From a virus: DNA of 64,000 nucleotides. This document shows, piece by piece, positions 1 to 9,158 of this stretch. The stretch is from positions 32,001 to 96,000 of IMG/VR virus record IMGVR_UViG_3300025128_000015; one strand, given 5' to 3'. The notes under the pieces are model-generated. The model was given only the letters and a program-made list of their open reading frames with translations. It ran no database searches and was not told where the DNA came from. Position 1 is the first letter of the stretch, and every line of letters starts with the position of its first letter. Made by a program: the position numbers and the translations under genes.

Positions 1-1
1 T

Positions 2-337
2 GTGATGTGTAAATTAGAAGTCTTGTCGACTCCAAGTGGACAAGTACTTAAAGAACTAGTTAAATCAGGCGTAAAGCTTGGCATATCCTCCAGAGGATTA
101 GGATCTGTGAAAAACCAGAATGGACAAACAATCGTCGAAGATGATTTTAAATTGATTGGTTTTGATATGGTTTCCGACCCATCAACACCTGGCGCATTTG
201 TAGCTCCTGAAAAAACAATAAGCTCAAGCCCCGAGTTGGCTAGCTTTTTATCAAAAGTTTCAGAAGGTAAATCAATTACAGAAAATACTAAAAACGACAA
301 ATTTAATAATGTCTTGGATGACATTTTAAAAAGCTAG
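2..337 (+). CDS. Prohead core protease (T4 gp21-like), 5'-truncated by the window edge
   Basis: KLEVLSTPSGQVLKELVKSGVKLGISSRGLGS and FDMVSDPSTPGAF match the gp21/HK97-type protease C-terminal half; lies upstream of scaffold and capsid genes. Confidence 0.9.
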   Translation: MMCKLEVLSTPSGQVLKELVKSGVKLGISSRGLGSVKNQNGQTIVEDDFKLIGFDMVSDPSTPGAFVAPEKTISSSPELASFLSKVSEGKSITENTKNDKFNNVLDDILKS

Positions 338-348
338 AGAAGTAATAA

Positions 349-750
349 ATGAAAAAAAGTGAAATTAAAAAAATTATCAAACCAATTGTAAAAGAGTGCA
401 TTAACGAAATCTTATTACAGAAAGAAGGTGTTCTTGCTTCTGTTGTATCTGAAGTCGCTCGTGGTTTACAGCAAGGTGGTACCCCAATTGTGGAAAACAA
501 GGCCAATGTTCAAAACAATACAGAGATTAGAGAGCTAGAAAAAAAGTACGAACAAGAAAGGCAAGAGCGTATAAAGAAGTTGAATGAGTCCATCGGCTCA
601 GATTTTTTTAAAGGAACAGCCCCCGCCCCCGCAGCTCCTGAATCTTCTACCAGTGGACCTCTATCTGGCGTAAGTGCTAAGGACCCTGGAGTTGACATCA
701 GAGGCTTGATGGCAGTTGCTGGAAACAGATGGAAAAAACACACAAAGTAA
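349..750 (+). CDS. Hypothetical protein, probably head-associated
   Basis: 133 aa ORF in the head module; carries several (I/L)xE motifs (INE, IVE, LNE). Confidence 0.6.
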   Translation: MKKSEIKKIIKPIVKECINEILLQKEGVLASVVSEVARGLQQGGTPIVENKANVQNNTEIRELEKKYEQERQERIKKLNESIGSDFFKGTAPAPAAPESSTSGPLSGVSAKDPGVDIRGLMAVAGNRWKKHTK

Positions 751-756
751 ATAAAG

Positions 757-999
757 ATGAGTAGAAAAAGACCTGTTAACGTCGAAGTTAAACTTCGACA
801 CCCAAAAGATGATTCTAATAAACTTATTAGAAAATTTATAAAAAAAGTTAAAAAACAAAAAATCATAGAAGAGCTTCGTGAAAGAAGATACTATGAAAAA
901 CCTGCAACCAAAAGAAGAAAGGCTAAGATTAAAAAATTAAAAAATGCCAGAAAGGGGCAGGCAGAGAGAGATAAAAAAATAAAGCTACAGACCAAGTAG
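757..999 (+). CDS. rpsU: Phage-encoded 30S ribosomal protein bS21
   Basis: 80 aa, very basic; LIRKFIKKVKKQKIIEELRERRYYEKPATKRRKAK matches the bS21 core (RxFKxxxxxxxIxxExRxRxxYEKPxxKRxxK). Confidence 0.9.
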   Translation: MSRKRPVNVEVKLRHPKDDSNKLIRKFIKKVKKQKIIEELRERRYYEKPATKRRKAKIKKLKNARKGQAERDKKIKLQTK

Positions 1000-1011
1000 G
1001 AGAGGTAAGAG

Positions 1012-1485
1012 ATGGCGTCAAAAATAAAAAAAGGTACCTTAACGGTGAGGTTATCTGAAGATATCGTTCTCAACGGACAACAACAAGGCGGAACAAATAT
1101 TCTTACCATTCCAAGTATCAACGAGACATCAAAAAGAATCTTGACAATAACAACATCTAAGCATGATGTAATGAGTTTCTCTAGTATTGTCGGTAAAGGC
1201 AATTATAGCTTAGCCGATATGAGATACATAAGATTTACAAATTTAGATGACACGAACCATTTATTCTTAATTTTTAAGAATGAAGACAATGACGAATTTA
1301 TTGTTAAACTAGACAAGGGACAGTCTTTTATTTACAATGGTGACCTTGCAGGTGGTACAAACGACACTATGGAAGCCTTAACTGCAGGAACGGCCAGTGT
1401 AAGCAACGTTGGATATCTTTTAAGTGTTTCTGCTCAAGCAGACACCGCTTCGTGCGATTTAGAACTATTTATAGCTTCAGCATAA
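1012..1485 (+). CDS. Hypothetical virion structural protein
   Basis: 157 aa, beta-rich composition, AGGAG-type SD, located in the head module. Confidence 0.55.
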   Translation: MASKIKKGTLTVRLSEDIVLNGQQQGGTNILTIPSINETSKRILTITTSKHDVMSFSSIVGKGNYSLADMRYIRFTNLDDTNHLFLIFKNEDNDEFIVKLDKGQSFIYNGDLAGGTNDTMEALTAGTASVSNVGYLLSVSAQADTASCDLELFIASA

Positions 1486-1550
1486 AAAAGTTTTTTTAAT
1501 AATAAACAAACTAAATATTAATAACAGAGTGATTTTTTTGGAGAATTAGA

Positions 1551-2030
1551 ATGGCAGTACACAAATATTCAGCAGGATTGAGCAACGTAGGCTCATATCA
1601 AGTATCTGGTCGACCATGGATAACCGGATCTTCAGATTTAGATGCTAACAGAGTTCATATGCTTGAGTTTCCCCGCGTAACTAAGTCTATCACCGTTATT
1701 AATAATAATACAAGTAACGGAGAAGATATTCGAGTGCACTTTCAAAGTGGTACAGCCGCGGCCGTCACTGTCGTTGGCGCTGAAGGTGCAACAGCGATTG
1801 ATTCTGCTGCGTCTGACGTTATTGTGCACAATCACTACATTACAGTTCCTTCCGGATACGGGAGTCTGACAATGGACGTTAAATGCAAGAAGATGTATAT
1901 CTCTAATGGTACTGCCACAAGCAATTTAAAATATCAAGTATTTGCAGAGTTAACTCAGATACCTTCAGGTTCAATGTTTAATTTAACTGGATCCGGCGTA
2001 TGTGGCGGTGTACCGTACAGTGAATCATAG
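1551..2030 (+). CDS. Hypothetical virion structural protein
   Basis: 159 aa, S/T/G/V-rich, GGAGA SD, located in the head module. Confidence 0.55.
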   Translation: MAVHKYSAGLSNVGSYQVSGRPWITGSSDLDANRVHMLEFPRVTKSITVINNNTSNGEDIRVHFQSGTAAAVTVVGAEGATAIDSAASDVIVHNHYITVPSGYGSLTMDVKCKKMYISNGTATSNLKYQVFAELTQIPSGSMFNLTGSGVCGGVPYSES

Positions 2031-2040
2031 GAGATAATTA

Positions 2041-2982
2041 ATGGGTAGTTTTAAAGCAAATGCATCACCAACTGTTTTAACAGACTTACAAGTTGATGGA
2101 ACGACAGTTGTTGTCGACGAGACAAACAATAGAGTTGGGATCGGTACTGATGCTCCTGGGACAATGCTCCAGGTTGAAGGCGCCGATGCTTATCTTACAC
2201 TTAAGAACACTACTGCTGAAAATGGCGACGGTGGTGCTGAAACAAAGATTATCTTTGAAGATCACGCAAATGCAAGTTTGGCAGTTATTCAAGCAAGTCA
2301 CGACGGCACTGCTGATGATACCAAAGGCGACTTAATTTTCTCCACAAATAATGGCTCTGGACTTGTTGAAGCATTTAGGGTCGCTTCTGATAAGCATGTT
2401 ACATTTGCTGGCGAGACTACTTTTGCTGGACCAATAAATTTTGATAGCTTTTCTGATGACCTTGTTTTCGCTTCAGCGAATAACGTGTTTAGTTATAATT
2501 TTTGGAAAGCATCTGCATCTGGCGGACTTACAGTACAAAACAATACTGGCGGAATTATTTTAGATGCGACAGACATTATCAGAGGCGATGCAAAGGCTTT
2601 TACTATCGCCCCAGCTGCAACATCCTCAGACAATACTGCGGGACAAACAATCTCAGCAGCAAATTTAATTGGTGGATTATGGTCTGCTATGAATAGAAAC
2701 GCTAGTCAAGATGACACTACAGATACTGCCGCTAATATTGTAGCTGGTATCCCAAGTTGTGCAGTGGGTGATACTTTCGAGTTTACATTTATTAATGTTA
2801 GCTCCAATTCTGTCGATTTGGTCGGAGGTACCGGCGTTACTCTCCTTGCCGGCTCCGCCGCATCATTTGCCATCGCTGCCGGCAAAGGACGTCGTTTTAT
2901 GTTTCGTGTAACTAACGTGTCAGATAGTTCTGAAGCAGCACATATCTTTGCGGTAACTGATTCATTTAATCACTCTTCATAA
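2041..2982 (+). CDS. Fibre/decoration-like structural protein
   Basis: NRVGIGTDAPGTMLQVEG is a motif typical of phage fibre proteins; A/T/S/G-rich 313 aa. Confidence 0.6.
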   Translation: MGSFKANASPTVLTDLQVDGTTVVVDETNNRVGIGTDAPGTMLQVEGADAYLTLKNTTAENGDGGAETKIIFEDHANASLAVIQASHDGTADDTKGDLIFSTNNGSGLVEAFRVASDKHVTFAGETTFAGPINFDSFSDDLVFASANNVFSYNFWKASASGGLTVQNNTGGIILDATDIIRGDAKAFTIAPAATSSDNTAGQTISAANLIGGLWSAMNRNASQDDTTDTAANIVAGIPSCAVGDTFEFTFINVSSNSVDLVGGTGVTLLAGSAASFAIAAGKGRRFMFRVTNVSDSSEAAHIFAVTDSFNHSS

Positions 2983-3019
2983 GAGAAATAAGACAATTTG
3001 TCTTTTATGTAAAAAAGTT

Positions 3020-3027
3020 ACTATTTA
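3020..3027 (+). promoter_or_regulatory. Putative late promoter motif ACTATTTA (scaffold and capsid operon)
   Basis: Intergenic copy of the recurrent ACTAHTTA motif, upstream of ATG 3062. Confidence 0.6.
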
Positions 3028-3061
3028 TTAACAGTATATACTGAATCAGGAGTAAATTTTA

Positions 3062-4345
3062 ATGTCTTCAATGTTAGAACAAGCGATCGTTGACGCAAAT
3101 GCGTTAAGAGAAGTGGCGATAAAAACGGCCGAATCAAATTTGATAGAAAAATATTCAGGTCAAATCAAAGAAGCAGTTGAAACTTTATTGGAGCAACCGT
3201 TACCTGGCGAAGATGATCCTTTTGCCGCTTTACAGGACCAAGCCGCCGACATGGCTACTCCTGGTCCAATGCCAATGCCAGGCGAAGAACCCATGGATGC
3301 AGAAGAAGACGATATAGAAGCTCCACTAGCTGCTACCGAGGGCGAAAAGCTTTGCCCATGTCCAGACGAAGAGGAAGTTGTTGTTGTTAATCTAGATGAT
3401 TTAATTAAGCAAGCCTCCGAAGACGATATGGGTATGGGAGACGAAGAAGGAATCTCTCCAGAAGAAGTAGAAGATCTCGGTGAACCTGTCGAAGATGAAA
3501 TGATGGACGATATGGAAGATGAGGAAGAAGATCTAATGGAATCTAGTTGTGGTAAAGACGACGATGACGAAATGGACGAAGCTCATTGTCCAGGTAAAGA
3601 TGACGACGAGATGGACGAAGCTCATTGCCCAGGCAAAGACGACGATGACGATGACGAAGATCTTAACGAATCAGTTGAGCTTGAAGAAAACGACTTAATT
3701 GATCTTTTAGAGACGCTTAAAGTTGACGTTAGCCCTGATTCTGTCCGCGGAGGTTGGGCCGGAATGCCAAGTGCTTATTTAGATGAAGCAGAAGAACTTG
3801 AGCTAGCTCGCCGTCGCGACGATGAAGTCTCAGAAGACTTAGAAGAACTATTAGCTGCAGCAGAAGAGTTGCAGGAATCAAACGAACACTACGAGAATAT
3901 GTTACTTGAAGCCAAGAAGTACATCGCGAGCCTAGAAAAGCAAAATCAAAATAAACTTGATAAAGCCGCTCAGACCTTGGAAGAAGTAAAAGAAGTAGCA
4001 TACGCTCTTAAAAACAAATTAGACGAAGCAAACAAATCGAATGCTCGTCTTTTGTACACGAATAAAGTATTATCAAACAGCTCGTTGAATGGGCGGCAAA
4101 AAAATCAAATTGTCGAAGCTTTGATCAATACTGATTCTGTTGAAGAAGCAAAAACAATATATGAGACGCTTCAAAGCGCAGTGGGCAGCACCGGTAAATC
4201 AACAAAAAGACAGCCAGAATCACTGAGCGAGGTGGTAAATAATTCTTCAGCACCAATGTTACCTCGATTGAATGAGGGACAACAAAATAAGCAAGATACA
4301 TCGGTTTCTAATCGATGGAAACTCTTAGCTGGTATTAAAAATTAA
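3062..4345 (+). CDS. Prohead core scaffold protein (T4 gp22-like)
   Basis: Very acidic, coiled-coil C-terminal half, many LxE protease-type sites, directly upstream of the major capsid gene. Confidence 0.8.
   Translation: MSSMLEQAIVDANALREVAIKTAESNLIEKYSGQIKEAVETLLEQPLPGEDDPFAALQDQAADMATPGPMPMPGEEPMDAEEDDIEAPLAATEGEKLCPCPDEEEVVVVNLDDLIKQASEDDMGMGDEEGISPEEVEDLGEPVEDEMMDDMEDEEEDLMESSCGKDDDDEMDEAHCPGKDDDEMDEAHCPGKDDDDDDEDLNESVELEENDLIDLLETLKVDVSPDSVRGGWAGMPSAYLDEAEELELARRRDDEVSEDLEELLAAAEELQESNEHYENMLLEAKKYIASLEKQNQNKLDKAAQTLEEVKEVAYALKNKLDEANKSNARLLYTNKVLSNSSLNGRQKNQIVEALINTDSVEEAKTIYETLQSAVGSTGKSTKRQPESLSEVVNNSSAPMLPRLNEGQQNKQDTSVSNRWKLLAGIKN
3551..3658 (+). repeat. In-frame tandem repeat (about 39 bp unit, GKDDDEMDEAHCP x2 plus a partial copy)
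   Basis: ggtaaagacgacgatgacgaaatggacgaagctcattgtcca / ggtaaagatgacgacgagatggacgaagctcattgccca / ggcaaagacgacgat. Confidence 0.85.
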
Positions 4346-4388
4346 AGACAAATAAATTTCAATTAATAATATAAGGAGGAAAATTAAA

Positions 4389-6188
4389 ATGTCTGTTTTA
4401 CAAAAGTTGACTGAAGGTCTTGTCAAACGCGACCTCCAGAAAGAAGGTGCTGCTCTCTTAGATAAGTGGGAAGCTACTGGACTTCTTGAGGGTCTTGATA
4501 ATGACCATGGTAAAAATACAATGGCTCGCTTGCTTGAAAACCAAGCATCTGAGCTTCTTAGAGAGGCCAGCTCAATGGCAGCTGGTGACGTCGAAGGTTT
4601 TGCTTCCGTAGCATTCCCTATCGTTCGTCGTGTTTTTGGCGGACTTATCGCCAATGATCTAGTGTCGGTCCAGCCGATGAGCTTGCCTTCGGGACTCATC
4701 TTCTTCATGGACTTTCAATATAATACGGGCCGAATGGGTGTTGACGCAAACGATTCCCTCTTCGGTGGAGGACGTGTCGGTAAAGGCATCATCAGTGGTA
4801 CTGCGGACATCACTGAAGAAGGCGGCGGATTCTACAATCTTGCCAACCACTACTCGTCTCCAACAGGTTCTACGTCTGATCAAGGTTTGGAATTTGACGG
4901 TGATGGTGCACTTATTTCAAGTAAATTGGTCAGCGCACTTACAGAGGCTGAAAAGAAAATCGTTCGTTTTGATCCGGATCTTTTAGCTAACACAACTAAG
5001 TATGTCGCAGTTATTCGTAGTCAAGGAAGCGCTCTTACCGGTACATATGGTACTGGAGATGAGGCCGCATCAGGACTAGTAGGCTTGAACACTAATGCTC
5101 TTGGTGGTATCGAGTGGACAGGCGCCAATGCAGGCACCGATCCAGTAGACCTCGGAGCCGCAACGAACCCTGTAATTATTCGTCGTTTGACCAGTATCGA
5201 TTCTTCAAACCGAATCACTCTTGTTGTTCAAACCGATGGCGCACTTACGGTAGATGCAAATGCAAAGAGAATTCCTCTTGTTTACCCACTTAGGGACACC
5301 TTTGTTAAGGGCCCAGATGGTCTCGGTAATGTTGTTGGATCTACCCCATGGGGACTTGAAGGCGCAACAAACTCGGCTACAGCCGATGGCGACTTCGCCG
5401 GCGTCAAAGATGCGATCCCAGAGATTGACATCAAAGTTGACAGCACACCGGTCACAGCCGTGACCAAAAAGCTCAAAGCTAAGTGGACTCCGGAACTCGG
5501 TCAAGACCTCAATGCTTACCACAACCTCGACGCTGAAGTTGAGCTTACCTCGATTCTTTCCGAGCAAATCGCTCTTGAGATCGACCGTGAGATCCTCAAT
5601 GACCTCGTTCAAGGTGCAACTGCTGGTACATACTACTGGTCGCGTTCACCTGGTCTCTTCGTCAAGAAGGACACTGGCGTCGAGCTTGGTGCTACTGCTG
5701 CTGCTCCGGACTTTACCGGTACTGTCAGCGAATGGTACGAGACGCTCGTTGAAACAATCAACGACGTATCGGCCCAAATTCACCGCAAGACACTTCGCGG
5801 TGGAGCTAATTTCCTTGTAACTTCGCCTGAAGTTGCCAACATTCTTGAGTTCACCTCTGGTTTCCGTGCCAATGTCACTGCTGATGCTGACAAAGGTACA
5901 GTCGGAGCCGTTAAGACAGGTGCACTTAGCAAGAAGTGGGACATCTATGTTGATCCTTACTTCCCACGTAATGTTGTCCTCGTCGGCCGCAAGGGAGGAA
6001 GCTTCCTTGAAAGCGGATTTGTTTACGCTCCTTACGTGCCTCTGCAAGTCACTCCTACCATCTTCGGTACGGAAGACTTCACACCACGTAAAGGCGTGAT
6101 GACCCGTTACGCGAAGAAGATGGTTAGACCTGATATGTACGGTCTCGTCATTGTACGCGGATTGCTTGGTGAAGCTGGCGCTAGCTAG
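4389..6188 (+). CDS. Major capsid protein (T4 gp23-like)
   Basis: FPIVRRVFGGLIANDLVSVQPMSLPSGLIFFMD, KLKAKWTPELGQDLNAYHNLDAEVELTSILSEQIALEIDREI and YAPYVPLQ...FTPRKGVMTRYA are gp23 hallmarks. Confidence 0.97.
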   Translation: MSVLQKLTEGLVKRDLQKEGAALLDKWEATGLLEGLDNDHGKNTMARLLENQASELLREASSMAAGDVEGFASVAFPIVRRVFGGLIANDLVSVQPMSLPSGLIFFMDFQYNTGRMGVDANDSLFGGGRVGKGIISGTADITEEGGGFYNLANHYSSPTGSTSDQGLEFDGDGALISSKLVSALTEAEKKIVRFDPDLLANTTKYVAVIRSQGSALTGTYGTGDEAASGLVGLNTNALGGIEWTGANAGTDPVDLGAATNPVIIRRLTSIDSSNRITLVVQTDGALTVDANAKRIPLVYPLRDTFVKGPDGLGNVVGSTPWGLEGATNSATADGDFAGVKDAIPEIDIKVDSTPVTAVTKKLKAKWTPELGQDLNAYHNLDAEVELTSILSEQIALEIDREILNDLVQGATAGTYYWSRSPGLFVKKDTGVELGATAAAPDFTGTVSEWYETLVETINDVSAQIHRKTLRGGANFLVTSPEVANILEFTSGFRANVTADADKGTVGAVKTGALSKKWDIYVDPYFPRNVVLVGRKGGSFLESGFVYAPYVPLQVTPTIFGTEDFTPRKGVMTRYAKKMVRPDMYGLVIVRGLLGEAGAS

Positions 6189-6207
6189 AAACTAAGTGGC
6201 TAATTTT

Positions 6208-6237
6208 AAGCCCCACCTTCGGGTGGGGCTTTTTTTT
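6208..6237 (+). terminator. Intrinsic terminator with a cUUCGg tetraloop
   Basis: AAGCCCCACC-TTCG-GGTGGGGCTT followed by a T run, right after the capsid gene. Confidence 0.92.
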
Positions 6238-6266
6238 GATTTATTTGGATTTAACAAATCCAACAA

Positions 6267-6274
6267 ACTATTTA
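6267..6274 (+). promoter_or_regulatory. Putative late promoter motif ACTATTTA
   Basis: Intergenic, after the terminator, upstream of ATG 6322. Confidence 0.6.
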
Positions 6275-6321
6275 CTACTGATTGATAAGGCAACAAAGCC
6301 TTTAGAAAAGGAGAAACGAAC

Positions 6322-6741
6322 ATGAGTAAGTTAGGAAGATATTCAGCAGACAGAAAGAAGGTAGCTACCTTGACCAACGCCGTGTCAACAGCAGGCACAG
6401 TAGCTCAGTGTGGCACTGTTTTTATTGCCACAGGCGCTTCGGGTACCACTACATATGTGTTACCTGCAATTGCCGACGCCGGAAAAGGCTGGTGGTGTAA
6501 AGTTGTCAAAAGCGCCGCAGCAGGCGGCGGAGGAACGATTGTTGTGGCCGGACACGCGGACGATGGAGGAAGTTGTATGGTGGGTATTGAAAGCTCGTTA
6601 ACTTCTGTTGCTATCGCCGGCGATGATATTACGCTAGCTAACGGGACAGATCCAGGCGCCCTTGTTGAAGTTATTTGCGATGGAAGCCAATGGCTTGTAC
6701 ACGCTGTCGCTTCGACCGCCGCCGATATTCAAATCGCGTAA
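6322..6741 (+). CDS. Hypothetical structural protein (capsid decoration-like)
   Basis: 139 aa, A/G/T/V-rich, AGGAG SD, has its own promoter motif and terminator, follows the capsid gene. Confidence 0.55.
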   Translation: MSKLGRYSADRKKVATLTNAVSTAGTVAQCGTVFIATGASGTTTYVLPAIADAGKGWWCKVVKSAAAGGGGTIVVAGHADDGGSCMVGIESSLTSVAIAGDDITLANGTDPGALVEVICDGSQWLVHAVASTAADIQIA

Positions 6742-6765
6742 AACCTTAGCCTTATCAAAAGCATC

Positions 6766-6798
6766 AAGCCTCATGTCCAAATGGACATGGGGTTTTTT
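6766..6798 (+). terminator. Intrinsic terminator
   Basis: GCCTCATGTCCA-AA-TGGACATGGGGT followed by TTTTT. Confidence 0.8.
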
Positions 6799-6867
6799 GT
6801 TATATCTAAACAAACTCAAAATGCTGATCTGCCAAAAAATTATCGCAGGCAATTTTTGAGATTTTTG

Positions 6868-6875
6868 ACTATTTA
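6868..6875 (+). promoter_or_regulatory. Putative late promoter motif ACTATTTA
   Basis: Upstream of AAGGAG SD and ATG 6898. Confidence 0.6.
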
Positions 6876-6897
6876 TTACTAACCAAGGAGACCTAAA

Positions 6898-7287
6898 ATG
6901 GGTAAACGCAAAAGAAGACTTAATAGTAAAAAATACGCTAAAAAGTACGCTAGTGTAAGAGCAACAATCGCCAAACTAAAAGGCGAAGTTGTCGAAGCTT
7001 TAGAAGATGGAGTAGTAACTCCAGTTGAAGAAAAGAAGATTGAAAAAGCTGCACAGCAAGTTGTTGATGTCGTAAAAGAAACACAAGAAAAAACAACTCG
7101 TACTTTATATGCAGAGCCTGTCGTTGAGAAAGTAGAAACTCAAGCAACTAAGCCTGAAGTCAAGAAAGTCACTACCACAACTCCAGTGGCCAAAAAGACT
7201 AATCGCACAAGCACAACAACTGCAAAAAAAGCTACGACAAAGACGACTCGCTCTACTGATCGACGCTCCTCTAGATCCTCTAAGTAA
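6898..7287 (+). CDS. Hypothetical basic K/T-rich protein, possibly DNA-binding
   Basis: N-terminal MGKRKRRLNSKKYAKK; low-complexity K/T/R/S tail. Confidence 0.55.
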   Translation: MGKRKRRLNSKKYAKKYASVRATIAKLKGEVVEALEDGVVTPVEEKKIEKAAQQVVDVVKETQEKTTRTLYAEPVVEKVETQATKPEVKKVTTTTPVAKKTNRTSTTTAKKATTKTTRSTDRRSSRSSK

Positions 7288-7327
7288 GCAATGCTTGAGG
7301 AATGATATGGGTTTTCCATCTATGAGA

Positions 7328-7335
7328 ACTATTTA
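7328..7335 (+). promoter_or_regulatory. Putative late promoter motif ACTATTTA (neck operon)
   Basis: Upstream of AGGAG SD and ATG 7358. Confidence 0.6.
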
Positions 7336-7357
7336 CTCTAGATAGGAGAACTTATGC

Positions 7358-8656
7358 ATGTCAGCGCCTACTTTAAAACCAAAACAAAGAGCTAGCGTCA
7401 CAGTATTACCAATAACTGGTACGCTCGTCGAAGCCAAGAGTCAAATAAATTATGCTTTTGGTGTTTATTCTGTTCACGGACAGCCATTATACGATGACAA
7501 TTTTGTTCAAGGTGCTGTTGACCAAGTGTCTTACACGTACAAAAAGCTTGGCGGAGATGTATTAGATATTGAGCTTACTCCAGGAAACGTTTATACTGCC
7601 TATGAGGAAGCCGTTCTAGAGTACTCATACATTGTCAACATACATCAGGCTAAAAATGCTCTTCCAAGCATGTTAGGCGCCACTACAGGCACGTTTGACC
7701 ACGATGGAAATCTATCCGGCCAAGACGGGCAAGCACTACTTGATGACTTAGATGGAAAAAGAGTGGAATTGGCTTATCCGAAGTATAAATTTACTTACTG
7801 GAAAAGAGTTGCAGAGGGATATTCAACAGAAGCCAACATCGGAGGTACAGAAACGATCAGATCTGCCTCATTTGAGCCAACAAACAGTGTTCAAGATTAT
7901 GACTTGCAAGCTATATTAACAAGTTCACTTGGTGGTGATGGAAATCTTTTAGAAAAAAACAAGAAAGTTTCAATTAAAAGAGTATTCTATAAGACTCCGC
8001 ATGCAATGTGGAGATTTTATGGATATTATGGCGGAATCAATACAATTGGTAATTTATCGACATACGGAATGTACTCGGACGATTCAACTTTTGAGGTAAT
8101 TCCAGCTTGGCAAAATAAAATGCAAGCCATGGCATATGAAGATGCAATTTACACTAGAAACTCGCATTATTCTTACGAGATCAAAAACAATAAATTAAGA
8201 ATATTTCCTTCCCCAGTAAATAACTCACCAGATAAGTTTTGGTTTGAATACGTTGTTCAGACAGATCCTTGGGAAGAGGATGCATCTTCAGGCGGAAAAG
8301 CAAACACGGATGGTGTCAACAACATGAATACTCTTCCTTTTGCCAATATTCCTTATAAGAACATAAACTCAATCGGAAAGCAGTGGATTCGTCGCTTTGC
8401 TCTTTCCTTAACAAAGGAAATGCTTGGACAAGTTAGAGGGAAATTTTCTACAATCCCTATTCCTGGTAATGATTTAACTCTCAACGCAAATGATTTACTT
8501 TCACAGGCTCAGGCAGAGCAACAAACACTTAGAGAAGAGCTAAAAGCTACTTTAGACGAGTTGACCTATAAGCAAATAGTCAACGATCAGTCTGCCATGG
8601 CCGCCCAAGTTAATGAGACAAACAAACACATACCAATGGGCATATATCACGGTTAA
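7358..8656 (+). CDS. Neck / head-completion protein (gp13-like)
   Basis: LGGDVLDIELT...AYEEAV at the N-terminus; WIRRFALSLTKEMLGQVRGKFSTIPIPG...LNANDLLSQAQAE at the C-terminus; position after the capsid genes. Confidence 0.75.
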   Translation: MSAPTLKPKQRASVTVLPITGTLVEAKSQINYAFGVYSVHGQPLYDDNFVQGAVDQVSYTYKKLGGDVLDIELTPGNVYTAYEEAVLEYSYIVNIHQAKNALPSMLGATTGTFDHDGNLSGQDGQALLDDLDGKRVELAYPKYKFTYWKRVAEGYSTEANIGGTETIRSASFEPTNSVQDYDLQAILTSSLGGDGNLLEKNKKVSIKRVFYKTPHAMWRFYGYYGGINTIGNLSTYGMYSDDSTFEVIPAWQNKMQAMAYEDAIYTRNSHYSYEIKNNKLRIFPSPVNNSPDKFWFEYVVQTDPWEEDASSGGKANTDGVNNMNTLPFANIPYKNINSIGKQWIRRFALSLTKEMLGQVRGKFSTIPIPGNDLTLNANDLLSQAQAEQQTLREELKATLDELTYKQIVNDQSAMAAQVNETNKHIPMGIYHG

Positions 8657-8669
8657 AAGGAGAGCTTAA

Positions 8670-9158
8670 ATGGCCGACAACAAATGGAAACAGCCAAAAT
8701 CGCCTCCGCCACCTCTCTTTGCTGGCGAAAAAGAGCGAAATTTGGTAAAACAAGTCAATGATGAGCTTATTGAGCGAGTTGTCGGGCAACAAGTACTATA
8801 TTATCCAATCGATATGGAAACAACCAACTTTCATCCTTTATATGGCGAGTCATTGAACAAAAGTTTCTTGCCTCCCATTCAAATATACGCTTTAGTCGAC
8901 TTTGAAGGCTTCCAGACAACAACAGAGAACTATGGACTAGACAAAACTGCTAGTATAACCGTTCATTTTCATAAAAGACGTCTAACTGAAGATCAGAACT
9001 TGTATGTTCGCGAAGGTGACTTCGTTTTATATGGCGAACAATATTATAAGATAGTATCTTTGGCCGAGCCAAGAGAAATATTTGGACAAGCAGACAGAAG
9101 AGTAGAAATATCAGCAAAATGTATCAAGGTAAGGGAGGGAATGTTCGATGCCAACTAA
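8670..9158 (+). CDS. Neck protein (gp14-like head closure)
   Basis: VNDELIERVVGQQVLYYPID...LYGES and VREGDFVLYGEQYYKI; synteny. Confidence 0.65.
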   Translation: MADNKWKQPKSPPPPLFAGEKERNLVKQVNDELIERVVGQQVLYYPIDMETTNFHPLYGESLNKSFLPPIQIYALVDFEGFQTTTENYGLDKTASITVHFHKRRLTEDQNLYVREGDFVLYGEQYYKIVSLAEPREIFGQADRRVEISAKCIKVREGMFDAN

